Below, one piece after another: positions 1 through 7,700 of a DNA stretch of 13,604 nt (position 1 is its first letter; the number at the start of each line of letters is the position of its first letter). A program made the position numbers and the translations under genes. The stretch covers positions 1-13,604 of the forward strand of contig CAXHAT010000207.1 of assembly GCA_964014485.1 (NCBI GenBank), written 5' to 3'. Under the pieces are notes generated by a model. That model was not told the DNA's origin and did not search any database. It saw nothing but the letters and a program-made list of their open reading frames with translations. The DNA comes from an uncultured Deferribacteres bacterium. GTDB lineage: Bacteria > Zhuqueibacterota > Zhuqueibacteria > Zhuqueibacterales > Geothermadaptataceae.

Positions 1-42
1 CCCTTTTACCGCCATCGCGCCTGCGCGATGGCGGAAAAAGGG
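1..42. repeat. Long inverted repeat (REP/REPIN-like hairpin)
   Basis: ccctttt-a-ccgccatcgcgc-ct-gcgcgatggcgg-a-aaaaggg: 19 of 20 stem positions pair (one A-A mismatch at 8/35), with a 2-nt loop. Confidence 0.8.
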
Positions 43-55
43 ACGGCGCCGACTC

Positions 56-82
56 TACCCACGCGCTGAAGCACGCGGCTAA
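56..82 (-). repeat. REP-like imperfect palindrome
   Basis: Minus strand reads ttagCCGCGTGC-TTCA-GCGCGTGGgta. The 8-bp stem has two non-Watson-Crick pairs that are G-T on the minus strand. Recalled resemblance to xCCCACGGCTTCAGCCGTGGG-type repeats associated with Y1/RAYT transposases. Confidence 0.5.
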
Positions 83-98
83 TGAGAACTTAACATTG

Positions 99-248
99 TC
101 AAGTTACTTCATCATGTACAAAAATATGATGACTTCCGCGCACTCTCGACAGATGGAACCCAAAAGCTTCAACCAAATTAACGATCTCTTGAAATCGTAT
201 GTTTTTTGACCCCGCGAGTATTTTGTCGAGCAGTTTTCGTTTTCTCAT
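99..248 (-). pseudogene. hicA: Truncated HicA-family toxin (49 aa)
   Basis: MRKRKLLDKILAGSKNIRFQEIVNLVEAFGFHLSRVRGSHHIFVHDEVT*, with the HicA motif GFxxxRxxGSHxxF. ATG at 248 follows caggaag. The ORF stops right after the GSH strand and lacks the usual C-terminal ~30 aa. No hicB in the window. Confidence 0.8.
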
Positions 249-361
249 GGCTTCCTGATCCAGCGATGAGTCACCAATTTGGCTGAAATATTTCAATGTA
301 CTTAACGATTCCGCCGTTTATAGTCAAGTTGAATGCTCGTGGGAACCGACGATCCGTCAGT

Positions 362-664
362 TCAGTTGCAATCATCCTTGCGGCGAATATATAACACTCG
401 GTCGCGGTTCAAATTCACGGATTGAACAGCTTGTTTTTGTGAGCGGATCGATTCCCGTTGTTTTGTTGGTTTTCTGCGGTTACAAGTGAAGCAGGACAGA
501 ACAAGATTTGAGAATTCGTTGTTTCCCCCAAGAGAAAGCGGGATGATGTGTTCGATGGTGAAGTTCACATACTGCCAGATTTCCGACGCATGGCAGTACT
601 CGCACAAATAGTTCGCGCGTTTTCTGACCTGTCTTTGTATGTTGGCCGGAATCTTACGCCGCAT
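362..664 (-). pseudogene. HNH endonuclease, frameshifted and internally deleted
   Basis: CEYC...IEHIIPLSLGGNNEFSNLVLSCFTCNRRK is an intact HNH zinc-finger core. The family C-terminal motifs lie in different frames: NKTTGIDPLTKT (about 467-432), LFNP (429-418), NLNRDRVLYIR (from 415). ATG at 664 overlaps the upstream gene end by 11 nt. Confidence 0.8.
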
Positions 665-941
665 TGCTCTCGATTGTCTCCCCAACAAAAGCATTGCGCG
701 TCAATCTGTTCGTAAAACTCAAATAGTCATCGAGTTCTTCATAAAGAGAAAGCTCTTTTTCTTCTTCGCTTGATAACGTCGTTTCTTTTTGTTTGAACAA
801 CAATTTTTCGATCCGGTTTTGGATCTTCGAAGAAGCTTTGAAAACAGGGACGCCCTCGGCCAATTCAATTCGTACAGCTCTTTCCGCCGGCAATGATTTT
901 GGCAGCGCGTCCAAATGCGGAATTCGTTTTTCAGCGAACAT
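654..941 (-). CDS. Small helical hypothetical protein (95 aa), putative antitoxin-like partner of the HNH gene
   Basis: Intact ORF from ATG 941 (gggaaag upstream): MFAEKRIPHL...QNRIEKLLFKQKETTLSSEEEKELSLYEELDDYLSFTNRL. Overlaps the HNH start, consistent with translational coupling. The antitoxin role is inferred from context only. Confidence 0.75.
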   Translation of the reverse strand: MFAEKRIPHLDALPKSLPAERAVRIELAEGVPVFKASSKIQNRIEKLLFKQKETTLSSEEEKELSLYEELDDYLSFTNRLTRNAFVGETIESNAA

Positions 942-980
942 TTTGCTTTCCCATCGTTTGCATTTTCTCAACTCAAGTTC

Positions 981-1009
981 AACATAATTATATACTCAAA
1001 AGAAGTCAA
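981..1009 (-). promoter_or_regulatory. Putative sigma70 promoter for the partner-HNH operon
   Basis: TTGACT (1009-1004), 17-nt spacer, TATGTT (986-981), 40 nt upstream of ATG 941. Confidence 0.5.
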
Positions 1010-1024
1010 CAACAAAGCAGAAAC

Positions 1025-1301
1025 CCGGCGACCGAGTTTTCGCTGCGCCGGGATTACCTCAACGCCGTCAATCCAAATACGAAGATTCCGTTTGCACCGC
1101 CGGAAGCAAGGAAAGTGAAAATCACTGTGTACGACGTTACCGGGCGCAAGGCGCAAGGTCGCGACGCTCGTCAATCGCAAATTTGGTCAGGACGTTCACG
1201 AAGTTGAATTCGCGCCGCAAGCTTTGTCCAGCGGAACCTGTTTCGTCGAAATGCGCGCAGGCAAATTTCGGCAAACGCGGAAGATGGCGTATGTGAGGTA
1301 A
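1025..1301 (+). pseudogene. Orphan T9SS-like C-terminal sorting domain remnant
   Basis: PATEFSLRRDYLNAVNPNTKIPFAPPEARKVKITVYDVTGRK, then after a 7-nt tandem duplication (gcgcaag x2, 1144-1157) VATLVNRKFGQDVHEVEFAPQALSSGTCFVEMRAGKFRQTRKMAYVR* (stop 1299-1301). This is a degenerate full-length NYPNPFNP-type CTD with no start codon or upstream passenger domain. Confidence 0.85.
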
Positions 1302-1456
1302 AGTTTTGAAATAGTGAGTAATAAACGTCACGGACGAGTGAATTGTTGATTCCGGAAGCGGGTTAGATTGTCAAGGACTTGAGCCGAAGGGTGTTGATTT
1401 GTTTGCTCGTCCTAAACGCATTTGAGGTAAAATGGTTGTTTTAAGAATTGTATTTC

Positions 1457-1483
1457 TTGGCTGATGCAGTTTGGCGGTATAAT
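1457..1483 (+). promoter_or_regulatory. Possible promoter for the SGNH gene
   Basis: Perfect TATAAT at 1478-1483. Only a weak -35 candidate (TTGGCT 1457-1462, 15-nt spacer). Confidence 0.3.
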
Positions 1484-1619
1484 ATGAAGGATACCGCGTT
1501 AGGAATATGGCCAAGCCAGGAAACCCATGCGTGTATGAGGGCATTGAGAGAGCGGGCTTTGAACAGGTATTTTTTGCTCATTTTTAAATAGGCGCGTACA
1601 CCCTCGCATCGCGACGAAC

Positions 1620-2807
1620 ATGAAGTCTTTTGCTCCGAACGCCGGGAAATCACGCATCATCGCTGGTTCGCTCATTTTCTTTTCCACTTTGATTGCGCTG
1701 ATCGGCTGTGAAATTATTCTCCGACAAACTTTCCTCCAAAACTACTATTTACGCCCTCCGCATTTCTCGACAGTCTTCAAGCCGAACCATCAAATCATGC
1801 CCGGAATCATTGGGCCTTCCGAGTTTGTCACAAATTCAAAAGGAATCCGCGGCGATGAATTAACGCCTGCTCACACCTACAGAATTCTGGCAATTGGCGG
1901 AAGCACAACGGAATGCCTTTATCTGGATCAAGCTGAAACCTGGACGCAGTTATTGCAGGATTCGCTCAACAAATCCGCTTTCAATGGCAAGTTGTGGATC
2001 GGCAATGCCGGTGTGAGCGGTCACAACACCAGACATCATCTCACGGCAATGCAATATCTGCCGTTGGAGAAAATGCGAATCGACGCCATTCTGGTTATGG
2101 CGGGCGTCAACGATTTTTCCGTACGTTTATCGCGCGGTGAAAATTATGACCCGGATTTTCTCGCTCGACCGGACGCTGACGCTGCGCTGCTGCATGACAC
2201 TTTTAGAGGCAGTCTCTACGCCGACCCGGATATGCCGCTCTTCAAAAGAACCGCAATTTGGCACGTGATGCGAAAACTCAAGCATATCGCCGGGCAGGAA
2301 AAAGTTCAAGACAAGACAGGAGAAATATACCTGACATGGCGAAAACACAGAAGTGAAGCGAAGACGATTCTAAACGAACTGCCGGACCTGTCCGCTGCGC
2401 TTGAAGAATATGCGCGCAACATCAACCGGATGATCGATCTTGCCCGTCAAAAGTCTATCCAACTGATTTTTATGACGCAGCCGTCGATGTGGCGGGCTGA
2501 TTTGACCGAAGAACTGGAGTCGCTTTTATGGTTTGGCGGTACAGGAGATTTCCAGAGACAAAGCGGCAACGCCTACTACTCGCCGGGAGCGCTGGCGCGA
2601 GGTATGGAAAAATACAACGAAGTTTTGCTTGAGATTTGCCGAAAGAGAAAAGTGGCATGCATCGATCTGGCCTCAATTCTGCCGAAAAACGCGTCAGTAT
2701 TCTACGATGACGTTCATTTCAATGAAAACGGCGCAAGAAAAGTGGCCGACATTCTGGCAAAATGTTTTCTTGGCAAACTGCTGAACGCCACAGACAGCGG
2801 CTCTTGA
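1620..2807 (+). CDS. SGNH/GDSL hydrolase family protein with N-terminal membrane anchor
   Basis: 395 aa. Hydrophobic helix IIAGSLIFFSTLIALIGCEIIL. SGNH blocks: ILAIGGSTT (Ser), GNAGVSG (Gly), GVND (Asn), DDVHF (Asp-x-x-His). Confidence 0.9.
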   Translation: MKSFAPNAGKSRIIAGSLIFFSTLIALIGCEIILRQTFLQNYYLRPPHFSTVFKPNHQIMPGIIGPSEFVTNSKGIRGDELTPAHTYRILAIGGSTTECLYLDQAETWTQLLQDSLNKSAFNGKLWIGNAGVSGHNTRHHLTAMQYLPLEKMRIDAILVMAGVNDFSVRLSRGENYDPDFLARPDADAALLHDTFRGSLYADPDMPLFKRTAIWHVMRKLKHIAGQEKVQDKTGEIYLTWRKHRSEAKTILNELPDLSAALEEYARNINRMIDLARQKSIQLIFMTQPSMWRADLTEELESLLWFGGTGDFQRQSGNAYYSPGALARGMEKYNEVLLEICRKRKVACIDLASILPKNASVFYDDVHFNENGARKVADILAKCFLGKLLNATDSGS

Positions 2808-3312
2808 CCGTGCGCAAGGAAATCCCCGACGAGCAGCGCGGCGCCATTGTAAAATATCTCGGACGGCAACTTTCTCTCTCCGCAAACCGCCGCAGGCTTT
2901 TGTAAGTTCTCTATGTCTTCGGCGTTGAAAAAGGGAATTTCAGCGCTTGCTGACAATGCCGCGATTGATCGCCCGTTGCCGATAACCTGTGAACGGTTGT
3001 TCTTCTCATGGGGGGCGCAATCCGGGGGCATTTTTCTTTTCCTGAAACGGATTTCCATCTTCATTTTTAAAATTGATTCCGCGCGGAATCAACATCGTTT
3101 TGGTGTTGGTTTGGAATGCTCCGGCATTCTTTCTGAAATTCAAATTACGAGCCTGTCCGGCGCGCTTCCTGTTTGACAGCCGCCGTGCAACAGCGCCTCG
3201 GTGCGTCGATTTCTCAAACTGCGCTTGCGCTGACACGGGAATCGTACGCCCTGAACAACCTTAGCGCGCTTACCGGCTCAAATCCGTCATGCACAACCTA
3301 TGGAGCTGCATA

Positions 3313-4758
3313 ATGAGACGAATCTTTTCTCTCTCTTTAACCATTCTCGTTGCAACCGCCGCTTTTTCGCAGGAAATTACTATGAAAGACGCGCAGGATA
3401 ACATTCTAGCGCAGATTCATGACGAAGGTTCCGCGGGGTCATTCTTCCTGCCGCTTGGCTCAACGCCCGGTTCTTTTTCCAACAAACTCTACAACATCGG
3501 CGGTACTCTGTACTGGAACGGCCAGCAGATTCAAACCGGCACAGCCGCCGGAGACAATCTTGGCAACCACACCGCAACCCAAAATCTCGTGCTCGGCAAC
3601 CACTGGCTTTCCTACAACGCCAACGGCGACGGCCTGCAAATCATGAACTCAGCAGGGCTTGTTCGCATTGACGGCGATCCGGTTTTTTGGCCAAGCATTA
3701 CTGCACAAAACGGCATTTATCTTGGCAGACGAGCAGGCGGGAATCACGCAATCAAAATTGCGACGTATTCCAACAATGGTCAGGAAATTCCAAAGCTCGA
3801 TTTTGCAAACACTGACGCGGATCATGATTTCCGACTAAGCTTGGAAAGCCAAAAATTCAACATTAGCGCCAAGAACACGGGGACTGTTATGGCGATAGAT
3901 AAAAGTACCGGCAATATCGGTATCGGCGGTGTCACTGATCCACAGGTTCCACTCCATATTACAGGCCCGGGGCGAACGTGGGCGACTTTACCGAAAGAAA
4001 ACGGCGTTTATTTGGGATTTCGAGGCGGCGTTAACGGACGCACAGCGGCAATCAAGCTGGCGTCTTATGGTGGAGGACCTCTTCTGGATTTCGCAAACAA
4101 TCATCAGGACTTTGATATGCGCCTTCGTTTGACTGAATCAACATTAGAATTTATCCAAAACGTTCATGATGCAAACATTGTTCGTTTTCGCAATCAAACG
4201 GTTCCTGGTTTTACAGGTACCGGCACAGGGGCTCCGGGTTTGACTATTCGATATGCGAGCGCTTCGGGAGCAGCCAACGCTGTATTTGACAATGAAGCTG
4301 GCGGCGGTATTTTGTTTTTTAGCAATGGGTCGGAAATAGCTCGCGTTCAAAGCAACGGCACATTTCGTCCGCGTGAAAACGCAAATCCGGCAGCCGGTTA
4401 CGAAGCTGATCTTGGCAGAACTAATCTTCGATGGGGCACGGTCTGGACGGTCAGTGGCGTACAGGTGCTCTCCGACCGCCGGGCGAAATCGAACATTCGA
4501 AACCTTGGTTACGGCTTGAGCGAAGTCATGCAATTGCGCCCGGTTTCTTACTCTTACAACAATCAACCAAATGGTCGTAAAAAGTTAGGGTTGGTCGCTC
4601 AGGAAGTGCAAGCCGTCGTCAACGAAGCCGTTACTGCAGGCAAAAATTCCGAAGAAATGATGAGCATGAATTACACCGAGTTGATCCCCGTTCTCATCAA
4701 AGCGATTCAGGAGCAGCAGGCGGAAATCGAAGCGTTGAAAAAAGCTTTGAACCATTAA
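3313..4758 (+). CDS. Secreted phage-tail-fiber-like protein with C-terminal peptidase S74 intramolecular chaperone
   Basis: Likely start ATG 3313 (GGAG 7 nt upstream), followed by Sec signal MRRIFSLSLTILVATAAFS-Q. Fiber motifs GDNLGNHTATQNL and GNIGIG..DP..PLHI. S74 signature SDRRAKSNI...LRPVSY...GLVAQEV...NYTELIPVLIKAIQEQQ starts at 4471. Confidence 0.88.
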   Translation: MRRIFSLSLTILVATAAFSQEITMKDAQDNILAQIHDEGSAGSFFLPLGSTPGSFSNKLYNIGGTLYWNGQQIQTGTAAGDNLGNHTATQNLVLGNHWLSYNANGDGLQIMNSAGLVRIDGDPVFWPSITAQNGIYLGRRAGGNHAIKIATYSNNGQEIPKLDFANTDADHDFRLSLESQKFNISAKNTGTVMAIDKSTGNIGIGGVTDPQVPLHITGPGRTWATLPKENGVYLGFRGGVNGRTAAIKLASYGGGPLLDFANNHQDFDMRLRLTESTLEFIQNVHDANIVRFRNQTVPGFTGTGTGAPGLTIRYASASGAANAVFDNEAGGGILFFSNGSEIARVQSNGTFRPRENANPAAGYEADLGRTNLRWGTVWTVSGVQVLSDRRAKSNIRNLGYGLSEVMQLRPVSYSYNNQPNGRKKLGLVAQEVQAVVNEAVTAGKNSEEMMSMNYTELIPVLIKAIQEQQAEIEALKKALNH

Positions 4759-4773
4759 TCCCAGGGGGACGAC

Positions 4774-7700
4774 ATGCAAATCATTCAAAAAAACAACGGA
4801 CGTCCGCTCCCCGTCCTGCTGTCTTTTCTGCTTTTGATCGCTCTGCCGTTAGCGGCGATGGCGCAGGTTTCGCTGGTGATCGAATCCGGCGGCGCACTGG
4901 AAGTCAACGGCGGCATGAAGATCGAGCTGGGCGGCGACTGGAGCAGCAACGGAACTTTTGAAGCGGGCGACGGCACGGTCGTGTTCAACGGCTCCGGTCA
5001 GCAAACCATTTCCAACACTTCCCCGACCGCATTCAACAATCTCACGGTCGATAAAGCCGGCGGCGATCTGGTCGCCGCGAGCGATTTCACCGTCGGCGGC
5101 GCACTCACGGTCACGCAGGGCGATCTCGATCTCAACGGTCAGATCATCACCCTCGACGCGGACGCGCTGTTGAGCGAAACGGCGGGCAACACCATCAAAG
5201 GCGCGACCGGTTATCTCACCACCACGCGCACGCTGGGCGCGCTCACCGCCGAGAATGTCGGCGGGCTGGGGGCGGAATTGACTACGAGCGTGAGCCTGGG
5301 TGAAACCGAGATTCGGCGCGGCCACGGCGAGCAGATCGGCAACGGCAATGAGAGCGCCCTGCGCTATTTCGATATTTTGCCAACCACCAACAGCGGCCTG
5401 AACGCAACGTTGGTTTTTCACTACGACGAATCGGAATTGAACGGCCACGCCGAGTCGAGCTTCGCGCTCTACCGCTCCTCGAACGACGGCGCGAGCTGGA
5501 CGCAGGAAGGTGGTACGCGCGACGAAATCGGCAACACCGTCACCCTCGCCGGAATCGACGCTTTCTCGCGCTGGACCGTTTCGGCGGAAGACCTGGAACC
5601 ATCTGCTGAGATCAGCAGCTTCACCGGCACAGTCACCACGGCCTGCACCATCGAACTGGCGTGGACGACGGCTACGGAAACGGACAACCAGGGCTTCCAC
5701 CTTTATCGCAGCGCGACCGAGACCGGAACCTACGCGAAAATCACGGCAACCTTGATTCCCGGACAGGGGACTTCGACAACGCCGCATGATTACACCTACG
5801 TCGATCCCAACGTCGCGCCGGGCGACACTTGGTGGTACAAGCTCGCCAGCGTCGATCTCGACAACAACGAAGGCCTGACCGGCCCGATCAGCGTGGAGAT
5901 TTCGGCGGACGCTTTTCCGCTGCCGACCGCGACGGTGAGCGGCGGCGGTGAAATTTGTCCCGGCGGCACGGCCACAATTTCAGCGGCGCTTACCGGAACC
6001 GGCCCGTGGAATCTCACCTGGAGCGACGGTTTTGTCCAAAACGGCGTTTCGGCCAGTCCGGCCATGCGCGACGTCAGCCCGGCGGCGACCACGACTTTTT
6101 CCGTGACTTCGGTGACCGACGCGACCAACTGCTCGAACGGCGGAACCGGCGACGCGACCGTCACAGTCGATGATTTGCCGATGGCGACAGTCAGCGGTGA
6201 TGCTTCGATTTGCACCGGAAGTTCCGCCACGATTTCCGTTGCGCTGACCGGAACCGGACCGTGGGATCTGGTCTGGAGCGACGGTTTCGCGCAAAACGGC
6301 GTTACCGCCAGTCCGGCGACGCGCGAGGTTTCGCCGACCGAAAACACGACCTACGAAATCACCTCCGTCACCGACGCGAACACCTGCGCGAATTCAGGAA
6401 CCGGCAGCGCGGCGATCATGGTGGTGGAAAATCCAACCGTTGCCGAGGCTGGCCCGGATCAGGAATTCTGCGGCAGCACGGTGACGCTGGCGGCGAATGC
6501 GCCGAGCGTTGGAACCGGCGCGTGGAGCGAGGTTTCCGGCGACGGCAACGGCTCATTCGCGAACGCCGCCCACCCGACGACGCAATTCACTGGCACGCAG
6601 GGCGTGACCTACACTTTGCGCTGGACGATTTCGAATTCACCCTGCGCCGATTCCCAGGACGAGGTTGAAATCAACCTGATTCCCGAAGTAACGACGGCGG
6701 ACGCGGGCGATGATCAGGCGGTGTGCGGCGTTTCGACCGATTTGGCGGCCAACACGCCGTCGGAAGGAACGGGCGCGTGGAGCGAAGTCTCCGGCGACGG
6801 CATCGGTTCTTTCAGCGACGTCAATGATCCGTCGGCGGAATTCACCGGAACACAAGGCGTGGTCTACACCCTTCGCTGGACGGTTTCCGCGCCGAATTGT
6901 CCGGATTCCGAAGATGACGTTGAAATCGATCTTCGCCTCGATCCCACGACCGCCGAGGCCGGGCCGGATCAGGAATTCTGCGGCAGCACGGTGACGTTGG
7001 CGGGGAATGCGCCGAGCGTTGGAACCGGCGCGTGGAGCGAGGTTTCCGGCGACGGCAACGGCTCATTCGCGAACGCCGCCGACCCGGCGACGCAATTCAC
7101 CGGCACGCAGGGCGTGAATTACGTGCTGCGCTGGACGATTTCCAACGCGCCATGCACGGATTCGCAGGACGAGGTCGCGGTCAATCTCTTGTTCGCGCCC
7201 ACGCCCGCGAACGCCGGGGCGGATCAAGCGCTGTGCGGCGCTTCAACCACGCTGGCCGCGAACGCACCGACCGCAGGAACCGGCAGTTGGAGCGAAATTT
7301 CCGGCGACAACAACGGCGTTTTCAGCAATGCCGCTGATCCCAACGCGACCTTCTCCGGCACGACGGACGTGACCTACACGCTGCGCTGGACCATCTCCGC
7401 GCCCGGCTGTCCTTCTTCCACCGACGATGTTGAAATCCATTTCGCCGCCGAACCGACGGAAGCCGCGGCCGGCGCTGACGTCAACATTTGTGCGGACGAA
7501 GCGACGTTGGCCGCCAACGCGCCAACGGTCGGGCAGGGAACCTGGAGCGAATCTTCGGGGGACGGCAGCGGCAATTTCGCCGATCCCAATGATCCCGAAA
7601 CGACCTTCACGGGAACTTTTGGCGTGCTTTACACGCTGCGTTGGACAATCTCGAATCCGCCCTGCGCCGATTCCCGGGATGAGATCACGGTCATGATTTT

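Noticed and set aside
977..987. dif/pdif-like XerD arms (TTATGTTGAAC on the minus strand here; TTATGTCAATT at 8828-8838)
   Set aside because: Each matches 9 of 11 positions of TTATGTTAAAT, but neither has a XerC arm. Both are explained by a -10 box and a terminator T-tract.
2808..3312. Riboswitch or small gene in the 500-nt intergenic region
   Set aside because: No riboswitch consensus or convincing ORF was recognised. An Rfam scan would be needed to exclude one.
3313..4758. Prophage call based on the S74 tail-fiber gene
   Set aside because: The protein has a Sec signal peptide, and there are no capsid, terminase, tail or integrase genes nearby.
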